Positions 1 through 7,985 of a stretch of 16,102 bases of DNA are shown piece by piece. The position numbers were made by a program, and so were the translations under genes. The notes beneath the pieces are model-generated. The model was given only the letters and a program-made list of their open reading frames with translations. It did no database searches and was not told where the DNA came from. The stretch comes from Halobacteriaceae archaeon (lineage in GTDB: Archaea; Halobacteriota; Halobacteria; Halobacteriales; Halobacteriaceae), in the NCBI GenBank assembly GCA_042216675.1, contig JBDGTS010000045.1:1-16102 (forward strand), given 5' to 3'. Every line of letters starts with the position of its first letter. Positions within the stretch are counted from its first letter, which is position 1.

Positions 1-411
1 GTCAATCAGGTCCACGCGCAGGTCGTCGGCAACGACGCGGCCGTCTCGACCGGCGCCGCGGGCGGCCAGATCGACCTCAACCTCTACAAGCCCGTGCTGG
101 CCTCGAACTTCCTCGAATCCGCCGACCTCGTCGCCAGCGCCGCCGAGGCGTTCGGCGAGAAGTTCGTCGCCAAACTGGAGGCAAACCGCGAGCACTGCGA
201 GCGGCAGGTCGAACAGAGCATGGCGCTCGCCACGGCGCTGAACCCGGCCATCGGCTACGACGCGGCCTCGAAGGTCGCAAAGCAGGCCCTCGCGGAGGGC
301 CGGACCGTCCGCGAGGTCGCCGTCGCCGAGGGCTACCTCACCGAGGAGGAGGCCGACGAGGTCCTCGACCCCGAGGCGATGACCCACCGGGGCATCCTCG
401 GCGACGAGTAG
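1..411 (+). CDS. fumC: Class II fumarate hydratase, 3' part (5' truncated by window)
   Basis: Frame is open from base 1 (VNQVHAQVVGNDAAV...GQIDLNLYKPVLASNF) and continues with ALATALNPAIGYDAASKVAK, typical of the C-terminal half of the fumarase/aspartase family; TAG at 409-411. Confidence 0.88.
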   Translation, partial: VNQVHAQVVGNDAAVSTGAAGGQIDLNLYKPVLASNFLESADLVASAAEAFGEKFVAKLEANREHCERQVEQSMALATALNPAIGYDAASKVAKQALAEGRTVREVAVAEGYLTEEEADEVLDPEAMTHRGILGDE

Positions 412-1257
412 CTACTCCGCCATCCCCCACACGTCGCTCTCCCAGTCCTTCTCGCGGTCGTCGTAGACGGCGTGGCCCCGGTCGCGCTCGTCCAGTCGTG
501 CCACGTCCTCGGCGTCGAGTTCCCAGTCGAGGACGTCCGCGTTCCCGCGGACGTGCTCGGGCGTCGAGGACTTCGGGATGACGACCACGTCGTTCTGGAT
601 GGCCCAGCGCAGGACGACCTGCGCCGGCGAGCGGTCGTACGTCTCCGCGAGGTCTCGTACCACCTCGTCCTCGAACACCTCGGCGCGCGCCAGCGGCGCC
701 GCCGCCTCCACGACGACGCCTTCCTCGCGGCACGCCTCGACCCAGTCCGGGCGCTGGAGCCACGGGTGGTACTCGATCTGGTTGACCGCGATGGGCACGT
801 CGCTGACGTGGGTCGCGGCCCGTAGCTGGTAGGGGCTGAAGTTCGAGACGCCGACGTTTCGCACCAGTCCCTCGTCGTGGAGGTGGGCCATCGCGTGCAG
901 CGTCTCCCGCACGGAGATGGCGGGGTTGGGCCAGTGAATCAGGTAGAGGTCCAGATACTCCGTGCCCAACCGGTCGAGAGACCGCTCGCAGGCCTCGACG
1001 ACGCTCTGGTAGTCGAGGTTCTTCGGGAGGACCTTCGAGGTGAGAAACAGGTCCTCGCGGTCCGCGTCGGCCGCGGCGAGCGCGTCGCCGATCTCGGCCT
1101 CGTTCATGTACCCCTCGGCCGTGTCGATGTGCGTGTAGCCGGCGTCGAGGCCGGCGTGCACGGCGTCGCGCACGGTGTCGCCGTCGATGTTCCACGTGCC
1201 AAGCCCGAGGGTCGGCATCTCGTCGCCGCTCGGAAGGGTGACTGTCGGAGCAGACAT
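412..1257 (-). CDS. Aldo/keto reductase
   Basis: GLGTW, IDTAEGY (catalytic D/Y), LFLTSKV (K), YLIHWP (H), GVSNF, NQIEYHP, IPKSS motifs. Start moved to ATG 1257 (MSAPTVTL); a TTACGG TATA-like element lies about 24 nt upstream. Confidence 0.93.
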   Translation of the reverse strand: MSAPTVTLPSGDEMPTLGLGTWNIDGDTVRDAVHAGLDAGYTHIDTAEGYMNEAEIGDALAAADADREDLFLTSKVLPKNLDYQSVVEACERSLDRLGTEYLDLYLIHWPNPAISVRETLHAMAHLHDEGLVRNVGVSNFSPYQLRAATHVSDVPIAVNQIEYHPWLQRPDWVEACREEGVVVEAAAPLARAEVFEDEVVRDLAETYDRSPAQVVLRWAIQNDVVVIPKSSTPEHVRGNADVLDWELDAEDVARLDERDRGHAVYDDREKDWESDVWGMAE

Positions 1258-1319
1258 CACCGAATCGTGGTGTCCGCCCGCCCGTAACTGTTGGCGTTCC
1301 GGCGACCCGGACTGCACGG

Positions 1320-1326
1320 TTTTTTA
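1320..1326 (+). promoter_or_regulatory. TATA box of gatE (probably leaderless)
   Basis: TTTTTTA ends 25 nt before ATG 1352 in an otherwise GC-rich spacer. Confidence 0.6.
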
Positions 1327-1351
1327 CCGACTCGTCCCCCACCGTCGAGCA

Positions 1352-3208
1352 ATGACGGACTTCGACTACGAGGAACTGGGCCTCGTGGCGGGACTGGAGA
1401 TTCACCAGCAACTCGACACCGCCACGAAGCTGTTCTGCGAGTGCCCGACCGACCGTCGGGACCCCGAGGAATCGACGCGGTCGTTCACGCGCTATCTGCA
1501 CCCGACGCGGAGCGAACTGGGCGAAATCGACGAGGCCGCCCTCGAAGAGAGCATGGTCGACCGCGAGTTCGAATACCTCGCCTACGACTCCACCTGCCTC
1601 GTCGAGGAGGACGACGAACCGCCCCACCGACTCGACGACGAGGCCCTCGAAGTCACCCTCGAAATCGCGCAACTGCTCGACATGGACGTGGTCGATCAGG
1701 CCCACGTCATGCGGAAAGTCGTCATCGACGGCTCCAACACTTCCGGCTTCCAGCGCACGTCGCTCATCGCCCGCGACGGCGTCATCGATACCTCTGAGGG
1801 TCCCGTCTCTATCGTGGACCTGATGCTCGAAGAGGAGAGCGCCCAGCGAGTCGCGGAGACGCCCGAGGGGGTCCGCTTCTCCCTCGACCGACTCGGCATT
1901 CCGTTGGTCGAAATCGGCACCGGACCGGACATCCGAAGCCCCGAACAGGCCCGCGAGGCGGCCGAGCGCATCGGGATGCTCCTGCGCTCGACGGGACAGG
2001 TCAAGCGCGGCCTCGGCACCATCCGGCAGGACGTGAACGTCTCCATCGCCGAGGGCGCACGCGTCGAGATGAAGGGCGTCCAGTCCCTCGACGACATCGA
2101 CGACCTCGTGGAACTGGAGGTCCAGCGGCAGGTCCGACTGCTCGAACTCGCCGAGGAACTCCAGTCCCGCGATGCATCCGTCGGCGACGCACAGGACGTG
2201 ACGCCGGTCTTCGCCGACACCGACAGCGGCGTCATCGCCGGCGCCGACTGCGTGATGGCGGTGCCACTCTACGAGTTCGACGGCGTCGTGGGCGAGGAAC
2301 TGCAACCGGACCGCCGCCTCGGCACCGAACTCTCCGACTACGCCAAGCACCGCGGCGCGGGCGGCATCTTTCACACCGACGAACTCCCGGCGTACGGCGT
2401 CACCGCCGACGAGGTGGCCGCTCTCCGCGACGCCGTGGGCGCGGACGCTGACGACGCCGTGGCAATCGTCGCCGCGGACCGCGACACCGCCGAGAGCGCC
2501 ATCGAGGCCGTCGCGGACCGCGCGGAGACGGCCCTCGACGGCGTGCCCGAGGAGACGCGCGACGCGAAGGAGGACGGCACCTCCGCGTACCTCCGGCCGC
2601 TCCCCGGCGCGGCGCGGATGTACCCCGAGACGGACGTGCCGCCCGTCGAACCGGACGTGACGGAGGTGCCGACGCCGGAACTGCTCACCGAGAAAGTCGA
2701 GCGCTACCAGTCGGAGTTCGGCCTCGACGCCGGCCTCGCGGAGCAGGTGGCCTACGGGCACCGGATGGACCTGTTCGAGGAGGCCGTCGAGATGGGCGTC
2801 GATCCGACGCTCGCGGCCTCGACAGTGGAGAGCACCGTCACGGAACTCCGGCGGGACGACGTGCCCGTCGAGAACCTCACCGGGGAGCACTACCGCGGCG
2901 TGTTCGAACTGCTGGCCGACGACGCAGTGCCACAGGAGGCCGTACCGGACCTCCTCGAAGCCCTCGCGGAGAACCCCGCGCTGACGCCCGAAGCGGCGGT
3001 CGAGCAGGAGGGCCTCGGGGGCGTCAGCGAGGCCGAGGTGCGGGACGCCGTGGAGTCAGTCGTCGCTCGTCACGCAGAGCAGGTCGAGGAGGAGGGCATG
3101 GGCGCGTTCTCGGCGCTCATGGGCGAGTGCATGGGGGAACTCCGCGGGAAAGCCAGCGGGGACCTCATCAGCAGCGTCCTGCGCGAGGAGATTCAGGCCC
3201 GGACTTAG
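1352..3208 (+). CDS. gatE: Glutamyl-tRNA(Gln) amidotransferase subunit E
   Basis: MTDFDYEELGLVAGLEIHQQL, KLFCECP, IDGSNTSGFQRT, LDRLGIPLVEI, RGLGTIRQDVNVSI, GGIFHTDELPAYG, RPLPGAARMYPETD, and C-terminal LMGECMGELRG. Start set at ATG 1352. Confidence 0.97.
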   Translation: MTDFDYEELGLVAGLEIHQQLDTATKLFCECPTDRRDPEESTRSFTRYLHPTRSELGEIDEAALEESMVDREFEYLAYDSTCLVEEDDEPPHRLDDEALEVTLEIAQLLDMDVVDQAHVMRKVVIDGSNTSGFQRTSLIARDGVIDTSEGPVSIVDLMLEEESAQRVAETPEGVRFSLDRLGIPLVEIGTGPDIRSPEQAREAAERIGMLLRSTGQVKRGLGTIRQDVNVSIAEGARVEMKGVQSLDDIDDLVELEVQRQVRLLELAEELQSRDASVGDAQDVTPVFADTDSGVIAGADCVMAVPLYEFDGVVGEELQPDRRLGTELSDYAKHRGAGGIFHTDELPAYGVTADEVAALRDAVGADADDAVAIVAADRDTAESAIEAVADRAETALDGVPEETRDAKEDGTSAYLRPLPGAARMYPETDVPPVEPDVTEVPTPELLTEKVERYQSEFGLDAGLAEQVAYGHRMDLFEEAVEMGVDPTLAASTVESTVTELRRDDVPVENLTGEHYRGVFELLADDAVPQEAVPDLLEALAENPALTPEAAVEQEGLGGVSEAEVRDAVESVVARHAEQVEEEGMGAFSALMGECMGELRGKASGDLISSVLREEIQART

Positions 3209-3990
3209 ACCGACGCGCGCCACGCCGTGCGCTCGACGGTCTGAGAAATCCAGTAGGCGATGCCGACCATCACGACGGCGATGCCGGCGTCCGAAAGCCA
3301 GTGGATGCCGAGGTAGAACGTCGAGACGACGATTGCGACGGCCATCACGGCCGCCATCCGGGCGTAGCGACGGTCCGTCTTCTGTGCGTACACCGCCGCG
3401 AGCACCGAGAGGCCGGTGTGGAGACTCGGGAACGCCTTCATCAGCGTGTCCGTCGCGCCCGCACCGGCCTCAATGACGGGGTGGAACTCGTAGAGGAGGG
3501 GTTCGACCGCGGCCACCTCGTAGCCGACGACGTGGACGGGGAACAGCAGGAAGAACGGCGCGGCGATGAGGACCAGACAGACGTAGGCGATTGCGTAGCG
3601 GCGCGCCTGTTCGGGGCAGTGGACCTTCAGCTTGAAGTACGTGAACAGCACGATGAACGGGAACCCGACGAGGTACACCGCGCCGAACAGCATCGTGAGC
3701 GGTTCGGCCGTCACCGTCTGGAACACGGCGACAGTCGAGCCTTCGAGTTCGTGGACCGTGTCGGTGAACGTCTCCTCGACGTGGAACTTCGCGACGTTGT
3801 TGATGACGACCGTAATCGTCCACGCGACGCCGAGATACTTCCAGTCCGTCGTGACGAACTCCCGAATCATGCCGAGGCGCTTCCCGGCCGGGAGATACAC
3901 GTACGCGCCGAGAATCAGGGCGAGCGCCGACGACACCGCGATGAGGGCCACGTACTGCAGGTCGGGAGGGAGGGGGTGTCCAAATGGCAT
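3205..3990 (-). CDS. PAP2/AUR1 (IPC-synthase-like) family membrane phosphoesterase/phosphotransferase
   Basis: Multiple hydrophobic segments with AFPSLH and STFYLGIHWLSD catalytic motifs. Start set at ATG 3990 (MPFGHP). Stop overlaps the gatE stop. Confidence 0.8.
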   Translation of the reverse strand: MPFGHPLPPDLQYVALIAVSSALALILGAYVYLPAGKRLGMIREFVTTDWKYLGVAWTITVVINNVAKFHVEETFTDTVHELEGSTVAVFQTVTAEPLTMLFGAVYLVGFPFIVLFTYFKLKVHCPEQARRYAIAYVCLVLIAAPFFLLFPVHVVGYEVAAVEPLLYEFHPVIEAGAGATDTLMKAFPSLHTGLSVLAAVYAQKTDRRYARMAAVMAVAIVVSTFYLGIHWLSDAGIAVVMVGIAYWISQTVERTAWRASV

Positions 3991-4160
3991 AGGTGGATAT
4001 GGAGCCCTACATATTCCATGCCCGAAAAGTTTTACATCTGACCGTCGAGGCCGAAATCGCCGGTGCAGCCACCGTCGCGTGCGGATTGCGGCCTCGCGGA
4101 CACCGGCCCGACGCCCGGTCGGCGCAACGCTCTTGCCCGTCGGCACCGACGCTCGGGTGA

Positions 4161-4598
4161 ATGCCGCTCTACTTCGAGGACCTCCCAGTCGGGGAGACGC
4201 GCGAACTGGGCACCGTGACGGTGAGCCGCGAGGACATCATCGCGTTCGCCGAGCGGTACGACCCACAGCCGATTCACGCCGACCCTGACGCCGCGGCCGC
4301 CGGGCCGTACGGCGGCGTCATCGCCAGCGGCTGGCACACGGCGTCGCTCTGCATGCGGCAACTGGTCGAGGGGTTCCTCTCGGAGACGGCGACCCGTGGT
4401 GCCCTCGGCGTCGACGGACTCCGCTGGCGTACCCCCCTCCGACCGGGCGACGAACTCACCGTCCGGGGGGAGATCGCCGAGACGGAGGTGTGGGACGACG
4501 ACCGCGGCCTCGCGCACTGCCGCGTCGAGGCGACGAACGGCGAGGGCGACGAGGTGCTGTCGATGGTCGGACTGGTGCTGTTCGCGCGCCGCGAGTGA
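4161..4598 (+). CDS. MaoC family (hot-dog fold) dehydratase
   Basis: YFEDLPVG, FAERYDPQPIHAD, GGVIASGWHT, LRWRTPLRPGDEL. Confidence 0.92.
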   Translation: MPLYFEDLPVGETRELGTVTVSREDIIAFAERYDPQPIHADPDAAAAGPYGGVIASGWHTASLCMRQLVEGFLSETATRGALGVDGLRWRTPLRPGDELTVRGEIAETEVWDDDRGLAHCRVEATNGEGDEVLSMVGLVLFARRE

Positions 4599-4599
4599 G

Positions 4600-5328
4600 T
4601 CAGTCCTCGGAGCGCCGCAGGCCCTCCTCCGCGCGTCGGAGGACGCCGCGGAGCGTCGTCACCTCGCGGCCGGTGGGGTGTGCGCGCCCGACGACGCGGC
4701 GCACGAGTCGGAGCGTCTTCTCACGCTTCTCCTCGGGGTAGTGCATCGCCCGCAGGAAGGAGTCGAACTGGTCGTAGAACCCCTCGATTTCGCGCTCGGC
4801 GGCCCGGTCGTGTGTCGGATCCGGCAGTTGGCTCTCGGCCATCGCCAACTCGCGGAGTTCGTACAGGGCGACGGTGGCGGCCTGCCCGAGGTTGAGGACG
4901 GGGTAGTCCGCGCTCGCCGGAATCGAGCAGACCTGATCGAGACGCTCCATCTCGTCGTTCGTCAGGCCGACGCGCTCTCGCCCGAACACGAGGACGGTGT
5001 CGGCCTCGACGTCCACGAGCGAGTCGGCGAGGTCGTCCGGCGTCTGGAACGGCCAGCGGACGTGACTCGCGCCGTTCTCGTTCGTGATGGCGGTGAAGCC
5101 GACCGTGTGGTAGTCCTCGACGATGCGGTCGAAGGTCACCTCCTCGGCGTTCGGCAAAATGTCGTCGCGGGCCTGTCCGGCGAATCCCCACGCCTCGCTC
5201 TCGGGTCCCACGTCCGGCGGGTCCACGAGGAGCAGTTCCTCGAAGCCGAAGTTCTTCATCGCCCGGGCGATGGTCCCGACGTTGCCCGAGGTTTTGGCGT
5301 CCACGACGGCGACGGCGGGCCGACTCAT
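4600..5328 (-). CDS. trmJ: SPOUT tRNA/rRNA 2'-O-methyltransferase, TrmJ/LasT-like
   Basis: GNVGTIARAMKNFG, LVFGRERVGLTNDE, YPVLNLGQAA...YEL, C-terminal REVTTLRGV. ATG 5328 overlaps the upstream TGA (ATGA). Confidence 0.85.
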   Translation of the reverse strand: MSRPAVAVVDAKTSGNVGTIARAMKNFGFEELLLVDPPDVGPESEAWGFAGQARDDILPNAEEVTFDRIVEDYHTVGFTAITNENGASHVRWPFQTPDDLADSLVDVEADTVLVFGRERVGLTNDEMERLDQVCSIPASADYPVLNLGQAATVALYELRELAMAESQLPDPTHDRAAEREIEGFYDQFDSFLRAMHYPEEKREKTLRLVRRVVGRAHPTGREVTTLRGVLRRAEEGLRRSED

Positions 5329-5921
5329 GACGGGTAGTCCACGTCGAGGTCCACGTCCGAGTCGTCGATGTCGTCCCCGCCGGGGTCGATTTCCTCCGAC
5401 GCCTGTGCCCCCGTCTCGATGCGCATCTCGCGGAGGTTGTAGCGGCGGCGCTCCTCCTCGGGGAGTTCGACGCGCGTCGCTTCGGCGTCGGGCACCGCCG
5501 GCGTCGGCACGTCGGCCGGTCCGGTCTCGACGTGTTCGAGGCCCTCGTAGTCTTCCGGCGCGCGGTTGCCCGTGGCGAACCACTCGTGGAACTCGTCCTG
5601 AAAGCGCTCCGTGCCGCGGTGTTCCTCGCCGCCCGCCTCGAAGTACCAGTAGTAGAAGTCGCGTTCGTGGTCGGCACAGAGCAACACCTCGGCATACGGT
5701 TCGCCGTACACGACTTCGGCGACGTTCGCCGCCTCGATGTTCGCGTCGCCGTGGACGAGATAGCAGGCGTCACACGGTTCGTCGTGAATGGCGGTCAGAC
5801 GGAGCAGACGGTCCCGCGCGTCGTCGGGCAGTTCGCTGACGCGGCGGAAATTCCCGTCCTCGTCGAAGACCTCCGACTCGTCGAACCGCCACCCGCGGAG
5901 CCCGATACTGACCTTGCCCAT
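5325..5921 (-). CDS. Hypothetical protein with CxxC...CxxH motif and very acidic tail
   Basis: Haloarchaeal-like acidic composition (MGKVSIGLRGWRFDE...), PCDAC and LCADH motifs, TTAAGC box 23 nt upstream of ATG 5921, coupled to trmJ. Confidence 0.82.
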   Translation of the reverse strand: MGKVSIGLRGWRFDESEVFDEDGNFRRVSELPDDARDRLLRLTAIHDEPCDACYLVHGDANIEAANVAEVVYGEPYAEVLLCADHERDFYYWYFEAGGEEHRGTERFQDEFHEWFATGNRAPEDYEGLEHVETGPADVPTPAVPDAEATRVELPEEERRRYNLREMRIETGAQASEEIDPGGDDIDDSDVDLDVDYPS

Positions 5922-5943
5922 GGTCGCGTCTTGCCCCCACGAA

Positions 5944-5990
5944 CGCTTAAGCGGACTGCTACGCGTCGGCGGAATGTGGGTCACTTTTGG
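5944..5990. promoter_or_regulatory. Divergent promoters for the hypothetical-trmJ operon (-) and folP (+)
   Basis: Palindromic CGCTTAAGCG (5944-5953) sits at TATA distance from ATG 5921; TTTTGG (5985-5990) ends 23 nt before ATG 6014. Confidence 0.5.
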
Positions 5991-6013
5991 GGCTGGCCCC
6001 CTCGACGGCGTGC

Positions 6014-7135
6014 ATGCAGAACGTCTCCGCCGGCGGCCTCGGCATCGGCGACGGGTACCCGCCCCGGATAATGGGCGTCCTGAACGTCTCGGAGGAGTCC
6101 CCCTACGACCCCTCGGTGTTCGACGACCCCGCCGAGGCGGCCGCGTACGTCGACCGCGAACTCGTCGACGAGGGCGCCGACATCGTGGACGTGGGCCTCG
6201 AATCCGCGAACAAGCGCTTCGAGGTGCTGTCGGCCGACGAGGAACTCGACCGCCTCCAGACGGCCATCGAGACGGTGGACCGCGTCGGGGGCGACGCCGT
6301 GTTCTCCATCGAGACGCGCTACCACGAGGTGGCCGAGGCGGCCCTCGACGCGAACTTCGACATGGTGAACGACATCTGTGGCTTCGCCGACCCCGAGATG
6401 CCCGCCGTCTGCGAGTCCCGCGACGCCGCCGTCGTGAAGATGGCGAGTCCGCGGGACCTCGAACGCCCCGGCGCCGTGGAGGACGTGGACGACATCTACG
6501 ACGCCCTCGAACGGAACGGCCTCACGGAGAAGACGATTCTCGACCCCGCGTTCGGCGGGTGGTCCGAGGCGAAGACCCTCGCCGACGACAGGGAGACGTT
6601 CCGGCGACTCCGCGAATTTCGGGCGCTCGACCGGCCCTTGCTCGTCTCCATCAACCGCAAGAACTTCCTCCGCGACCTCGCCGACCGGTCGACGGAGGAG
6701 GCGCTCCCCGTCAGCCTCGCGGCGACGTCGATGGCCGTCGAGCGCGGCGCGCACGTCATCAGAACCCACGACGTGGCCGAAACGCGCGACGCCGCCATCA
6801 TCGGTGACGCGTTCGCCCCGGACCTCTCGTCCAGTGACTGCGTCCACGAACTCGACGTGACCAGCGCCGCGGAACTCCGCCGTCACATCGTCGCCGTCGG
6901 CGGGGACAGGCGCCGCGCGCCGGAGGGGGTCTCCCGCGCGTTCCGCATCGAGGACGTCGCCGAGGAGGAACTCACGCACCTCGCGACGGCGGGCACCCGC
7001 GCCGGCGTCGTGGTGGAGGGTGGCCCCGACGAAGTCGTTCTCGCGGGGTCCGAGGGGGCGCTCCGATCCTTCGCCAATCGCGTGACGGACCGGGTGGAAC
7101 GGGTGTCTGACGCGGTGCGCGATACCCTGCCCTAA
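6014..7135 (+). CDS. folP: Dihydropteroate synthase (archaeal stand-alone type) with about 105-aa C-terminal extension
   Basis: IMGVLNVSEES, GADIVDVGLES, SIET, MVNDICG, ILDPAFG, SINRKNF, IRTHDV pterin-binding TIM-barrel motifs; adjacent to mptE. Start ATG 6014. Confidence 0.9.
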   Translation: MQNVSAGGLGIGDGYPPRIMGVLNVSEESPYDPSVFDDPAEAAAYVDRELVDEGADIVDVGLESANKRFEVLSADEELDRLQTAIETVDRVGGDAVFSIETRYHEVAEAALDANFDMVNDICGFADPEMPAVCESRDAAVVKMASPRDLERPGAVEDVDDIYDALERNGLTEKTILDPAFGGWSEAKTLADDRETFRRLREFRALDRPLLVSINRKNFLRDLADRSTEEALPVSLAATSMAVERGAHVIRTHDVAETRDAAIIGDAFAPDLSSSDCVHELDVTSAAELRRHIVAVGGDRRRAPEGVSRAFRIEDVAEEELTHLATAGTRAGVVVEGGPDEVVLAGSEGALRSFANRVTDRVERVSDAVRDTLP

Positions 7136-7168
7136 CAAGAAGACTTATGCCGAACCCCCAATACGAAC

Positions 7169-7242
7169 CGATTGGAGGTCGGCCGGGAGCACGGGTAGGG
7201 GTACGCGTTCGCTCCCGTCCGACACGAATCGACGGCTTCTAC
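7169..7242 (+). ncRNA. Putative structured RNA (5' leader of mptE or independent sRNA)
   Basis: GTCGG-C-CGGGAGC (7178-7190) pairs with GCTCCCG-T-CCGAC (7211-7223); outer CGATT/AATCG pairing; apical GGGTAGGGGTAC; TATA-like TTATGC at 7145-7150 preceded by purine-rich AAGAAGA. Confidence 0.5.
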
Positions 7243-7268
7243 GTGCGTCACGTCACATAGCATCAGCC

Positions 7269-7943
7269 ATGGACTTCGAGACGTGGGAGCCGGTGTACGA
7301 ACGGATTCTCGCCGACTTCGGCTACGACAGGGCCGCCGACGAGGCGGCCAGAGACGTGTTGGCCGACCTGACCGGCCCGTTCGACCGGCAGCGCCTCGAC
7401 TTCGAGGGACAGACGGTGGCCGTCGTCGGCGCGGGACCGTCGCTCCGGGCCTCGCTGGGCCGCGTGGGGGAGGCGGACCGGGTGGTGGCCGCCTCCACCG
7501 CCGCGCGGGTGTTGCGCGAGGTGGGCATCCACATCGACCTGATGGTCACTGACCTCGACGGACATCCGCCGACGGCGCGAGAACTGACTGCGGCCGGCAC
7601 GCCCGTCGCGGTCCACGCGCACGGCGACAACGCCGACGCCCTGCGGCGCCACGTCCCGACGTTCGAAGAGCCGAACGTGTTGCCGACGACGCAGGCTGAA
7701 CCCCGACCGCCGGTGTGCAACTTCGGCGGCTTCACGGACGGGGACCGCGCGGCGTTCACGGCGGACGCCCTCGGTGCCGAGTCGCTCACGTTTCCCGGGT
7801 GGGACCTCGACGACCCCTCGGCGAGCCAACTGAAGCGCCGGAAACTCCAGTGGGCGGCGCGCCTACTGGCGTGGCTCGAACGTCGGCGTAGCGAGTCTTT
7901 TGCGGTTCTCGACGGGCGCCGGGCGGACCTCGAACCGCTGTGA
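7269..7943 (+). CDS. mptE: 6-hydroxymethyl-7,8-dihydropterin pyrophosphokinase (MptE/DUF115 family)
   Basis: WEPVYERILADFGYDRAADE, VVGAGPSL, MVTDLDG, VHAHGDN, NFGGFTDGDRAAF, KRRKLQWA; located next to folP. Confidence 0.92.
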   Translation: MDFETWEPVYERILADFGYDRAADEAARDVLADLTGPFDRQRLDFEGQTVAVVGAGPSLRASLGRVGEADRVVAASTAARVLREVGIHIDLMVTDLDGHPPTARELTAAGTPVAVHAHGDNADALRRHVPTFEEPNVLPTTQAEPRPPVCNFGGFTDGDRAAFTADALGAESLTFPGWDLDDPSASQLKRRKLQWAARLLAWLERRRSESFAVLDGRRADLEPL

Positions 7944-7985
7944 GCCACAACGGCTTTCGGCTCGGCTCCCCTCCTAACTGACGGA

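Noticed and set aside
406-417. Perfect palindrome GAGTAGCTACTC at the fumC / aldo-keto reductase junction
   Set aside because: Explained by two convergent genes both ending Glu-TAG with zero spacer; no evidence of a recombination site.
1175-1351. Upstream extensions of ORF-track calls (gatE, folP, trmJ, phr, thyA, folA, PAP2)
   Set aside because: They overlap neighbouring genes or promoters; downstream starts match family N-termini and TATA spacing.
338-2890. 850-aa minus-strand ORF and other long overlapping ORFs (e.g. 5981-7138, 3127-4041, 13012-13782, 4721-5773)
   Set aside because: Antisense or out-of-frame shadows of well-supported genes, caused by high GC and biased codon use; no family motifs and non-halophilic composition.
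4040-4160. Short GC hairpins (CCGAC-N5-GTCGG, GTCGG-CA-CCGAC) between the PAP2 and MaoC genes
   Set aside because: Five-bp stems are expected by chance at this GC content.
4596-4602. Convergent genes with abutting or overlapping stops (also 3205-3208)
   Set aside because: Common in compact haloarchaeal genomes; 3' overlap alone is not evidence of antisense control.
7178-7226. Reading the folP-mptE hairpin as an H/ACA guide RNA or intrinsic terminator
   Set aside because: The ACA overlaps the stem base, there is no K-turn/K-loop or clear pseudouridylation pocket, and no U-tract follows.
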